Assembly: GCF_009914755.1 (NCBI RefSeq)
Contig: NC_060933.1
Source: the human T2T-CHM13v2.0 reference genome, Homo sapiens
Length of the DNA stretch: 64,000 bases
Reading direction: 5' to 3' (one strand)
Shown here: positions 21,836 through 55,385 of the stretch, in pieces
Position numbering within the stretch: position 1 is the stretch's first letter
Layout: the number at the start of each line of letters is the position of its first letter
Program-made: the position numbers and the translations under genes
Notes under the pieces: generated by a model
Databases searched by the model: none
What the model was told of the DNA's origin: nothing
What the model saw: only the letters and a program-made list of their open reading frames with translations

Positions 21836-22294
21836 AGAAAGACTAATTTTGTGTGAAGAGTACAATGCATAAGTGGAAATGAACCCAAAGATGTACAGCA
21901 AACTGCTGAGAAATGGGAAGGGTATGAACTAAGGCAGTAAGCAGGCATAGAACAATCTGACATATAAAATAAATAGGGCACAACAGTTGCTTTGATGGAG
22001 TGGTGAAAGAGATAGGAGGTGAGAAAGGGCATAAGCAAGATTTGATCATTGACTATGCGAGGGTGACAAGGAAAAAGAGGGGCTGACCTACATCAGCAAT
22101 TCCTGCTTCTGGCATAGAGATGGTATCACTTCTGTTGCGAAGACTACAGGGACAGCAGGCAGCATGCTGTATATATTTCTAGCATGTGAAACGGAAGTAG
22201 GGCAAGGAAAAAAGTCCTTACGTTCCTACTTTTTACATGGTTCACACACATTGTAGAATAAACCCTTTGCCTGGGTCACGTAAAATTCTACCTT

Positions 22295-22937
22295 TTTATT
22301 ATTATTATTATGCTTTAAGTTCTAGGGTACATGAGCACAGCGTGCAGGTTTGTTACATGGGTATACATGTGCCATGTTGGTTTGCTGCACCCATTAACTC
22401 ATCATTTACATCAGGTATTTCTCCTAATGCTATCCCTCCCCCTGCCCCCCAACTCACAACAGGCCCCCATGTGTGATGTTTCCTGCCCTGTGTCAAGGTT
22501 TTCTGTCCTTGTGATAGTCTGCTCAGAATGATGGTTTCCAGCTTCATCCATGTCCCTACAAAGGACATGAACTCATCCTTTTTTATGGCTGCATAATATT
22601 CCATGGTGTATATGTGCCACATTCTCTTAATCCAGTATATCATTGATGGACATTTGGGTTGGTTCCAAGTTTTTGGTATTGTGAATAGTGCCACAATAAA
22701 CATATGTGTGCATGTGTCTTTATAGTAGCATGATTTATAATCCTTTGAGTATATACCCAGTAATGGGATCATTGGGTCAAATGGTATTTCTAGTTCTAGA
22801 TCCTCGAGGAATTGCCACACTGTCTTCTACAATGGTTTAACTAGTTTACACTACCAACAGTGTAAAAGCGTTCCTATTTCTCCACATCCTCTCCAGCACC
22901 TGTTGTTTCCTGACTTTTTAATGATCGCCATTCTAAC
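22295..22937 (-). mobile_element. 5'-truncated L1PA (ORF2 C-terminus and 3' UTR)
   Basis: ORF 22353-22820 encodes the ORF2p C-terminus (WNQPKCPSM..W..MWHIYTMEYYAAIKKDEFMSF); TSD TAAAATTC(T/C)ACC. Confidence 0.95.
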
Positions 22938-23243
22938 TAAAATTCCACCCTTTGTATAAAACATTTGCCCGGTCCATTTGACTCTGAATCACCTTGGTAT
23001 GTATAATTGCCAAATATACTTTTTTTCCAGATGGCAATTCACATCTGCCTTTTAGCTTAGTGCTGAATGGAAGGCAAATAATTGAGGAGGTTCAGTAAGG
23101 ATAGTTCTCCATTAAAAACAAAAGAAAAAAAAAGAGAAAAAAAAGCGCCAACCTAACTGAATACTCTCAAATAGGACTGATAATGCATTGCAAATACTGA
23201 AAACAAGTTTTCATTAGAACATTATTTTAAACTAAAATCTGTT

Positions 23244-23864
<621 letters not shown>

Positions 23865-24753
23865 TCTGTGAAAATAAGTTTATCTTAACACATTGTTATA
23901 ATTGCAATTACAAAGTAGTGCTCGGAACAAACAAAATTAAGTGAAGTGTGTTTTAAACATTTAGACAATTATCGTAAGACAGTTTGTTATCCTTTCACAC
24001 AGGGAACAGTAGACGGGTGGAGAAACAGCAACAAAGATACCATGTGAAGGTATTGCTTTATACACCTTGGCTTGGATCTGGGCCATGCAGGTGCCAGCTC
24101 TGGATTTCCTTCCCAGCAGACAACTGCCAGTACAAGGAGACTCACAGACATTATTGAACAACCCAATTGCATCATACTTTAAAAAAGATTCAAATTATAT
24201 ATAAAAAGTGATGAATTCAATACCACTTCCCCCTTTCTGTTGATTACAAATTGACCACACAAGGGAATATTTAGGGTCTTGTGGCAGTAGATGCATAACT
24301 ACCTATTTCTCTTGAAGTCCTGGTCTCAAGTGATCCTCCCACCTCGACCTCCCAAAGTGCTGGGATTACAGGCCTGAGCCACTGCACCTGGCCCATCCAT
24401 TTGTCAAAATCCACAGAACAATACACTGCAGAGAGTTAACTTTATGCAAATTAATGTGGGATCTTAGGATAGAATGGCCAGCACGACAAATGAACTTAAT
24501 TATATTACAAAGGTATGGCATAACCTCACCAAAGTGAGTGGGGAAAAAATAAATTGAGTAAATAAATAAAAGTTTGATTGATTACTCAATCAAAAAAGAA
24601 TTGATTTGAGTAAATAAGAAAGAAATTGAATTGATTTGGAAAACTGTTTTGACTGGCTACTTTCAGGATAAAAACAAAAAGAACCGTACATAAACACTGT
24701 AGTTGGAAAACTTGCTTCCACAGAGTTAGAAATTCTGAAACTACATGTATTGT

Positions 24754-24755
<2 letters not shown>

Positions 24756-24790
<35 letters not shown>

Positions 24791-24807
24791 AGTAGAGAGA
24801 GAGAGAG
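24756..24807. repeat. (CA)n followed by (GA)n microsatellite
   Basis: Direct reading. Confidence 0.95.
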
Positions 24808-25170
24808 CACAGCACCCAGATCCATATCATTGCTGGGAGAATTAGTGGTGCTGCCCATAGACTCTACTCAGAAAGGACAACTGGAAGCTTGTGCGTGGTC
24901 TCTCGTGGACTCTGCTGCCTCTTACCTTTGCTATTTTCATCTGTATCCTTTCACTATAATAAACTGTAACTATGAGTAAAATAGCTTTTTGGGGTTCTTC
25001 TAGTGAATCATTAAACCAGAGGATAGTCTTGGGGATTAAAGACTCTCAGTTATTAGATACCCTATTTTAGCATTAAGTTTAACCCAATCTTAAAATCCAG
25101 CTTTAAGACCAGATGATTAATTTATTTAAAGCGAAAAATCTCAACAAAAATATTAAATAGAAATCAGCAA

Positions 25171-27653
<2,483 letters not shown>

Positions 27654-28385
27654 TGTAGGCTTTTTTATATTTCAGTATTAGGTGCATATCTTTCAAAATA
27701 AATAAACATAAGCCAGGCTTTTCCAACTGCGTCCTACACATTCTGCAAGATATTAATCATGTGTCAAGAATAAAAAGTGTTGTGTTCAAGTACGTTTGGG
27801 AAACATTGCTAGTATATTATTTTCTTCTTAGAGAACCATAGAAAAACTTGAGAGGTTGGCGGGTTGGCGCAAACCAAGACCAAAACTGAACTGCAATCAC
27901 TACCAAACCCCCACGAGTTTGCCCCTCCCCGCTTGCTAGCCTCAGTCCAGATTCTCCGGAAAAAGAAATCAGTCGTACGGGCTCTCGAAATGACGTACTT
28001 CCCGCGCGCCGCGAAGTCCTGATGCCAAGGGGCCAGTCGCGAGGTAAAGGAGGGGTCTCTGAAGTGGGCGTGGCGTCGCTGGAGGCTACTCAGGCGCGGG
28101 ACTCGTTCTCGAGGCGGGAGCTGAGGTGCGGGGCGGGGCCTCCTGCCCGGCGCCGGCCTGTGGGGAGGCGGGGCGGGGCACAGTCTCTTAACCGTGCAGC
28201 CCGCCCCTGACGCCGCCGGTAACTGCGAGAGTCGGGGTCGGTGCGGTTTGATAAGTGGTCGGTTCCTGGAGCTGCGGTCTTCTGCTAGCCTGATCCGCAG
28301 CTTCAGCCTCCGCCGCCTCCTCAGCCCTCGGCGCCGCCGCTGGCGCCGCCGCCTGACCCGCAGGCCGCCGCGGGCCGCAGAGCCC

Positions 28386-28472
28386 ATGAGGGCGCGGGCA
28401 CCGCCGCCGCCTCCGCGGCGTCGCCGTCGTCCCGGAGCGCCCCGGGCTGGCGCGGGCATGGCCGCGGCATGA
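28386..28472 (+). other. uORF (28 aa, MRARAPPPPPRRRRRPGAPRAGAGMAAA*) overlapping the main start; second in-frame ATG at 28458
   Basis: ATGs at 28386 and 28458 share a frame; TGA at 28470-28472 overlaps the main ATG at 28469-28471. Confidence 0.6.
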
Positions 28473-28576
28473 GCGTGGAGCCGCCGCCGGAGCTGGAGGA
28501 GAAGGCGGCGTCGGAGCCCGAGGCGGGAGCCATGCCGGAGAAGCGCGCGGGCGCGCAGGCCGCGGGGAGCACCTGG
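28469..28576 (+). CDS. MFSD14B: MFSD14B (HIATL1) coding exon 1, N-terminus of a major facilitator superfamily transporter
   Basis: MSVEPPPELEEKAASEPEAGAMPEKRAGAQAAGSTW matches the recalled HIATL1 N-terminus; phase-0 donor TGG|GTGAGC at 28576/28577; lies in the CpG island. Confidence 0.85.
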
Positions 28577-31011
28577 GTGAGCGCGGGCGCGGGGCCCGGC
28601 TGCCTGAATCCCGGGGAGGCTGGGTGGGGTCGCACCCAGGGCCCGCGAGCCCGCCGCTCCGGGCAGGGGCTTCGGCTCTTGGAAAGTCGGTCCTTTTCTG
28701 GGGGGGGAGGCGAATTCATCACGAATACAGGTTTTTCCTAGTGACTGCTCATCGCAGACAAAACTTTACAGGATTTGGTTATTGTTTCAAAAGGCGCTAG
28801 ACATGGGACAGTGAATATAAGTAGTAATTTGGTTATTTCGGAGTTCTCCGTCCCTGTAACAGTTGATAACAGTTTTCCTGGCGCAGTTTCTCTCCAAGTC
28901 TACATGGAAAACAGGTAGGGAGCATTTGAATCAGACCGTCGACGGGGAAGTTGGCGGCAGATGCCGGGCAGCGCCTTGCTGCTCCTTCCGTGTTCTCCCG
29001 GCGTCGGAGGGGCGGTCCTAGCGATGGGGAGCAGAGTTTCCAGGGGCGTTGCTGGGGACCAGCCGAGGAGCAAGTTAGGCTGGCCTCTTTCTCCAGTTTT
29101 ACTTTTGCTTGAGGTCGAGATGGCTTCTGACAATAATACAGAAGCAATTGAGCCCTGACTTAACTGGCCTGGTTTCGGCAGAACAGGCCTTGTCTGTGTC
29201 AGTGGTTTCATATGGTGCAATATTAAGCCTAGAGGGTTTGTCGTTTCTTCAAGGCCTAAGTTTAAAAAGGATTTTTTTTTTTTTGGTCTTAGGACCTGAA
29301 ATATAGAGAATGTTACAGTGAATAGAAACTGACACAATGGGAAAGTTTTTCCAAAGAAAAGTAGAAATTTTATGGAAATTAAATACATGTTTTTGGCTTT
29401 AGATTTTTAGCTTACATATCTGATTTTGTGTTTAGTTGAAGAATGCTAAGTGTTTACATGAACGTATTTGGGGATGTAAATCCCTATTAGTAGGTTGGGA
29501 GGGCAGCTGAAGCAGAAGGAGCAGTAGGTAGAACGGATCCGGCAGAGCTGGTTTTTAGTCCTGGTTTTGCCTGAACAGTGCGCACTCTGGACAGGGTATT
29601 GAAACAGCCTTGCCCCTCAGTGCCTCCTCTGTAAAATGAGGACTTAGTTGAAGTCCCCTCCCAGCCCAAGTGACTCCCTATTTTGAAAAGCATTTCAAAG
29701 TTAAGATCTCTGTAATATGAGAAGCTTATTTTGTCGAGGGAGAGAAATTCTGTATAATTGCTTGCTCTCATTTTGATTCGCGTTAAGTAGACTTGTCCTC
29801 TTCCTGCTTGCTACACAAAACTAAAGCACCAGTTCCTCCTCCTGTCTCATGAATTGATGGACAGTAATTACTAACCAGTGGCCCAGCTAGTAACCTGCGA
29901 GGTAGCTTCCTTCATCCCTTCCCATACTTAAAACAATCAGAAAGTCTAGCTAAGTTTATTAGATACAGATTTTAGGTTTTTATCCTCTCCTATGCATTCT
30001 TATGCTCAGAATTTCCTCAGCATTTTTGACCCAGACTTTGACTATCTCTTTCAAGACCCTTGCTCACCCCAGCGTCAGTCCACCTTGCACGTGGCTGAGT
30101 AGTGTGTTCTAGCATGTAAAGATGATCATTACTGCTGTCCTTAATTTTTTTCATTGGCTCCTTATGGCTTACAGAATAAAAAAATAAATTGGCAGGTTGA
30201 AGCATTATTAGTATAGTGATTAGACGAGCATGCTTGAAATCCCAGTTTCCACAGTTCGATAAGTTAACGTAACTCCTGATTAATAATGGCATTTACCTCA
30301 GAGGGTTGTGAGGGTTGCTGCAACTTGGCATCTAGTAAGCCCCTTAATACATACTAATGTTGTTAGTATTTTGTAATATTCTTTGCATGTATGATTGAAT
30401 GATCACAATCTATAGGTGATCTGACCGTGATAAAAGTAGTTGTCTCCCATTTCCTAGTGTTGACAGGAACTAGACCCCAACCTAGAAATTAAAGTTGCTA
30501 AATTTGTGTGCTTAAGAGCAGAAACTTGTGAGGGATGTTTACTCAAAGAAACCTAGACTCAGTTTATTCCCCAGTTCTTTCTCCGTTGGATCCTGATGGT
30601 AACCTAATTTTGGGCACAGGTAGATTCCTGCCTGGTCTTTCCTCCTCTCTGAGAACGCATGGAGTTGATGTTAATTGTGATGAATACTGAGTTTTCTTGG
30701 TGTTTGCTGTAGATAGTGAGAAGGCTAGCATGAGCAGGTAGCAGTGTTTTTCTGAGTGTGTGGACGTTGGGAGAACAGTGAATGCTTTTAATCATATATG
30801 TTTGTGTCATATGCTAGTACCCCTGAATTATGTGTTTTTCCTGTTTGCAGTTTCTAATGTCACCTCCGGGTGCTGTGTCCTATAGCCCCTATATGAATTG
30901 ATTTCATTTTAATGTGTTGGAATTTCCTTACAGCTTGGTTTCAGTGACACTCATGATTTCAGGTTCTTAGATGCTACTAGTAATCACAGGGAAGATTGTC
31001 CAGCTGATAAC

Positions 31012-32450
<1,439 letters not shown>

Positions 32451-32715
32451 CTGCCTTAAAAACAAATTGGATAGTTTGGTTTTCTATTCTGTGGAAGAAT
32501 TTGTGTAAGATTGGTAATACAGTTCTAGAACTTTATAGTTCTTGGCCTTTTGGAGATTAATTCTAGAACAGCGTAGGTTTTCTGTTTGATTTTTAGTTCT
32601 GTCAGTTTCAGTAAGTTGTGTTTTGTTGGGAATTTGCCCATTTTATCTAAAATGTCAAATTAGTTGGCATAAAGCTGTGAATAATGACCTCGTAGGCTCT
32701 TTTCACCTTCTGTAG

Positions 32716-40000
<7,285 letters not shown>

Positions 40001-42883
40001 AATTATTCTCCACTACTCAGGCAAGGTTTTCCTGATTTTGTACTCAGCACTATGTGAGTGAAAAAAGTTTTTTAAGGTTAGATGGTGGAAACATGCATAG
40101 GCTCAGAGTGACATCTGGCCAGATCTGTATACTGTTCAGATGTTTTTTCCCTGGTTTTTGATAGTTACGTCACATGCATGTGCTTATCAGTACCCTGCTG
40201 AATTCTTGAAGTGGATCTTCTGCAGATCTCTGGGCTTCTCTCTCTCTCTCTTCCCTCCATTACTCTGTTCTGCCTTGATCTCCATTAGCTCTCACTTTCA
40301 TGTCAACTCAGAAAGTTGTCCTCCAGGCTTTGTCTGGGTTCTTCCTACCAGAGCAGAGGCCTAGAATCTGTATCAGGCAGTAAGCTGGGATAATAGTACA
40401 GCACATCTTTTCTTTCCTGATTTTCAGGGATCTCTGTCCTTTATTGCCTGGCATCCAGTGTGTCTTGGTTGTATAAAGCAGAAGGGTAATTTTGATTACT
40501 GTTAACTATTTTTTTTCCACTTTGTTAAAGATTGATTTTGTGGCTCTTTCTTGAGATGGATGAAAAACTCAGCTTTTCAGACTTTTTTTTCTACTATCCA
40601 TTTATATTAATTTTACATTAACAGTTGTCTTCTCTCTGGCTTAAAAGTTTCCTCCTCTTACAAAATCAGTATTTCAATATGAATATTACTATTTTGCCCC
40701 ATACTCGGTGGTTTTCTACCTTTTCTTTCCTTGCGCATCAGCCCTGGGCCATCCTTTTAATATTTTTGTGGAGAACACTCTCATGTCTACTGTGACATTC
40801 ATTAAGGTGGGTGGGAAGGGGCACTTCCTAGGAAAGGCACTATGTATGATGTAAAAAAGTTTTTTCCCTCACCATCTTCATTTTCCTGTGCTTGCCACGT
40901 CCCTTTCTGCACTTACTTCTTTTGAAATCTACTGTTCTACTAGAAATCATATTAATATTGTTTATATACAGTATTAGACCTTTCCAATGAGGCAGAATAA
41001 CTAAGCACCTAAAAACCTGGATGTTTTCCCGCCTTTTAAATTTAATCTTCTTAATTGAGTGTGTCTCACCTGGTTTGCTATTTTTTTTTTTAAGAATTGA
41101 TGAATATTCTAATCAATGTTCTAAGGAATGTGATATGCTTTTATTGACTATGACTCATCAATTCTCATGATAGTTTTGAAGTAGGTGATAGAGCAGTGCA
41201 TGATTTAATGGTGAGAAACATCAGTGCATGGAGATAAATTGACTTGCTGAAAGTGACCAGGCTGACTGAACAATGGAGCTGGGACTTTCTTCATCTCTGT
41301 TCTCAAATCTAATTTTTATTTGACAGCTTAGTTCCTTATGTTGCCTATATAGGCAATTTTGTTTTTCGTATTCAAGAGTAGAGGTAGGAAGAAGACTCCT
41401 GAGTTGTCTGAGCATTGTTTTTTGTTGTTATTTGTGTGCTGTCACAGAGTTAGGCATTGTCATGTAGTCACTCCGTGCCTAAATAGCTCCCCTGCTCTAC
41501 ATTGTCTATTGTTAAATTAGGTCAAGCCACGAGGAGATCTGAAGAAAAACTTAAAATTCTGTGGATAATGCGCTTCTTGGTAATTACTATTCATCTGACT
41601 AATTGCTTCAATTTAAAAATAGCAAAAGTATGAATTTTATATATTAGTAGTTCTTTGTGCATAGATCTTTGAAGTACTTAAGTAATTAATGAAAGTATCT
41701 TTTGCACGTAATGTAGAATGTCTCTTTATACTGTGATGCAGTAGAAGTACAGAAACTTCATTTAAGATCTGTAGCGTGGTAATATGTTCCCTGAAGAAAA
41801 ATAGTGGCTTTATATTTTAAATTATTAGTCAGCCAGATACATGTGAGTATCATGGGTCATGAAAAAAGAGTCATAAAATGTGTGGTGAAATGTGAAGATT
41901 ATTTTTAGCTTTAGGCATCTTGAATACTGCTTTGGAGTAATCTTCAGTTCTTAAATTACCATTCTTTTGTTATATACTCCTTGGGTGGGAAACTTATGGA
42001 GGCCAGTTAATGTACACTAAAAAAAAGGCCATACCCATTGACCTGGCAATCACTCTTCAAGGAACTTACTGTAAGGCACTATTGGGACAAGACCACAGAG
42101 GTATATTTGTAAGATATGTATGTACTAATTGTATATATTCATGAAAGATTGTAACTTAAAAGGGACTTGGTGAAACAGTTGTGGCACATACATTAGGTGG
42201 AGTACTAAGCTGCCGTTAAAAGTGATGAAATGACTATATGCCTATTGATATGAATATGGTGAATTTATTTTTATGTAAATCGGCTACACAACTTTTATCA
42301 CATTAAAAATACATTTATATATTTGCATGGAAAAATGTCTGGAAGGGTTTATACCAAACTTTAAAACACTAGTGATCATTGCTGATATTGAGATTTTTGT
42401 TGATTTTAATATAATTTCTTGCCTGTTTCTTTATTTTCATTTATACGTTTTCTACTAAACATGTATAAGTTACAAAGCCAAAAGAAAAAAATAAAAAGAC
42501 CAGTGGAAAGGATACATGAATACTGGAAGTTAGTATTCTGGAAGTGCCTCACAGACTTCCTGGTCCTGAGTGTTTGGGTTGCCTCAAGCTCTTTCTTGTT
42601 TTCTGACCTATCTTCCGTCCTTCGCCTCATTGCCTGTCTAAGGATCCCCCTTTTGTGTGAGTTGATCCTGCTTTCAGATATATATGCACTAGAGGCTATA
42701 AGGGGCCTTAGACGCCAGTCCTAGTTTTCTCAGTATATGTATGAGAGCACTAAAGGCCAGAAAATTGGTTAAAGACAGGAAGCTATTAATAGTTAGCAGC
42801 AGAGCCAGGAATAGAACTCAGGTTTCCTTGCTTCTACTTGAGAATTTTTTCCATATTATGTGTGCTCTTCATAAGTAGGGTGA

Positions 42884-50735
<7,852 letters not shown>

Positions 50736-51910
50736 TCTAACATTTAATAGTACTAATTTTTCCTCTGTCCCTTTCTTTTTCTCCTTCAGGATGTTTTTAT
50801 ATTCTTGTCCATTTATTTTTTAAAATAAAACTTTTTTATAGAATAGTTTTATATCCACAGAAAAATTGCAGATAGCATAGAGTTTTCCTATACTCCATAC
50901 CCATATTCCCTTATTATTAACATTTTACACTGGCATGGTACATTTGTCAAAATTAATGAGCCAGTGTCCATGCACTATTATCAGCTAAAAGCAGCCAGGC
51001 ATGGTGGCTCACACTACTTTGGGACACTGAGGCCAGAGGATCACTTGAGACCAGGAGTTCAAGACCAGCCTGGGCATCGCTCTTCAAACAAGCAAAAATT
51101 ACCAGGCATGGTGGTGTGTGCCTGTAGTCCCAGCTACTTGGGAGAGTGTTTGGAAAAAAAAAAAGGAAAAAAAAAATCCACTGCCAAAGAAAAAACCCCT
51201 AAAGTCCATACATACTTTACTGAGATTTCTTGTATTTTACTGAATGTTCTTTTTCTGTTCCAGTATCTCATGCTACTACATTACATTTAGTTGTTGTGTC
51301 TTCTTGGGCTCCTCTGGACTGTGACAGTTTCCTAGGCGCTCCTTGTTTCTGATGTCCTGGACAGTCTTGAGGAGGACTCATCAAGTGTTTTGTAGAATGT
51401 CTCTCAATTGAGATTAATCTTGTTGTTTTTCTCATGATTAGAGTGGAATTACGGGTGTTTGGGAAGAAGCCCATAGAGATGAAGTACCATTTTCATTATA
51501 TCATATCAACAGTATGTGCCACTGTTGATGTTAACCTTGATCACCTGGCTGAGATACTGTTTATCAGATTTCTCCACTGTAAAGTTGCTCTTTTACCCGT
51601 TTCTATACTGTACACTTTGGAAGGAAGTCACTATGTGCAGCCCACGCTTTCAGAATGAGTAGTTATATTCCACCTACTTGGGGGCAGAGTGTCTGCATAA
51701 ATTATTTGGAATTCCTCTGCATGGGAGATTTGCTTGTTCTTTTCTATTTAATCATTTTATCAGTATGAACTCATAGATATTTATTTTGTACTTTGGATTA
51801 TCCCCAAATCCAATATTGCTTTATTTTCTTGTTCAAATTGTTCTAGCATTGGCCATTGGGAGTGCTTTGACATATATAACCCTATCTTTGTTTTTTTTTT
51901 AAAACACTTA

Positions 51911-52876
<966 letters not shown>

Positions 52877-53384
52877 GCTTATATTCTGGGATTACAAGAT
52901 ACTCCACGCTCCTCTTACATATTTCCCACTCTAGTCCCAGAATTAGCTGTTTCTCCAAGGAGCCCTGGTTTCTTTTATTTGAGAATGGCATTTGAAACCA
53001 AGATGTGTCACACTAGATATGCTTATTGCCGTTGAGTTTCTAGGGTGTAGTTTCTTTCAGGCTCTTTCAGCTGATAGAGTGTGAGGAAACAGGTGTATAT
53101 AATACACACATTTGTAAGTATTTCCATTTGTGACCATCTGTATCTATATGAAGTTAAAAATGAGTTCATAATGATGTGCTCAACTCTAATCCATGATTAC
53201 ATGGATCATTCTTGCTTCCTTCTCTTGTTTATTTGTAACCTTCCACTCCAGCAGTGAGAAACCTGGCTTCCACCATCTGCCATCCAGTTTATTTAATTGG
53301 TCAGTCACAGCATACATGGTTCCAGAATTGTTAATCTTTATTTCCATGGGGTACAACTTTCAACTATAGCATAACAGTGTTTAA

Positions 53385-54140
<756 letters not shown>

Positions 54141-55385
54141 TTTATGCGCAACTTTTTTTGCCGCCAGTCTTAAAGGAAAAAAAAAAAAACAACTGATAAT
54201 ATTTGTTGCCTATGATAAAATTCCAGCTTCCAAATGAAAAAAAAAAAAAAGACTCCACTATTTCCCAGAGTTACTTGGATCACTGCCTTTCCCCATACCC
54301 CCTTTAGTGAGGTTGTTTCCTGTGTTTGTACTGCAATTAGATTCTTTTGCTACATTCTGCGTTCCATCCTGGGATTCTCCACCTCTGAAATGTTTTCTAA
54401 AAGTTAACATGTACTGAGGCTCACTCTTGTTCTCTGAAGTTCTGCTGGTTTTGAAAAATGCGTGGTGCCGTTTACCTATCATTAAAATATCATACAGAAC
54501 AATTTTACTACCTGAAAGTGTCCTGTGCTTCATCCATTTAACCCTACCCTCCAACTCCAGCTACCACTGATCTGGTACTATCTATAGTTTTGCTTTTTCC
54601 GGAATGCCCTTTAAATGGTATCTTACACTTTGTAGCCTTTCAGACTTGCTTCTTTCATTTAGCAATATGCATTTCAGATCCATCCTTCTAACAATCTTGT
54701 TGTTTTAATTTGCATTTTAAAATGACAGTGACACATAATGAACATCTTTTCTTTTCCTTTTTTTTTTTTGAGACGGAGTTTCGCTCTTTCATGTGGGGTC
54801 AACTGCAATAGAAAAGAGGACCCTCAAACACAGGCTAATTTTTTTGTTGTTGTTTTTGAAACGGAGTCTCGCTCTGTCACCCAGGCTGGAGTGCAGTGGC
54901 GCGATCTTGGCTCACTGCAACCTCCGCCTTCCGATTTCAAGCATTTTCTCCTGCCTCAGCCTCCCAAGTAGCTGGGATTACAGGCGTCCGCCACCACAAC
55001 CAGCAAATTTTTTTGTATTTTTAGTAGAGATGGGGTTTCACCGTGTTGGCCAGGCTGGTCTTGAACTCCTGACCTCAGGTGATCAAGACCTGGGCCTCCC
55101 AAAGTCCTGGGATTACAGGCGTGAGCCACTGCGCCCAGCAATGAACATCTTTTTATAGGCATATTTGCCATCTGTATATCATCTTTGAGGAGACTGTTGC
55201 GGTCCTGTCACCCCTCCCCCTTTTTCTTGTTGACGATCGGGATTTATTACCTCATTTAACAAGAAATCTGATGGAAAGACAGTTCCAGGATTGGTCCTTG
55301 ATTTTGCGTCAAGGACCAGGTTCTTTCCATCTTCAGTGTGTTGATTTGTCTGGCTCTCATGGTCTCAAGATGGCTGCCATAGTTC

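Larger units (their letters stand above)
27950..29100 (+). promoter_or_regulatory. CpG island / TATA-less promoter of MFSD14B
   Basis: Abrupt GC and CpG enrichment; GC boxes GGGGCGGGGC at 28130-28139 and 28170-28179; TGACGTA at 27991; TTCCCGCG at 27999. Confidence 0.9.

Noticed and set aside
27809-28459. 216-aa Arg/Gly/Pro-rich antisense ORF
   Set aside because: Expected from stop-codon scarcity in a CpG island; no recognisable domain.
28577-28741. C-terminal 54 aa of ORF 28469-28741
   Set aside because: Read-through past a consensus GTGAGC donor into the intron.
41514-41524. RORE-like AAATTAGGTCA in unique intronic DNA
   Set aside because: A single short motif is expected by chance in 64 kb, and conservation cannot be assessed here.
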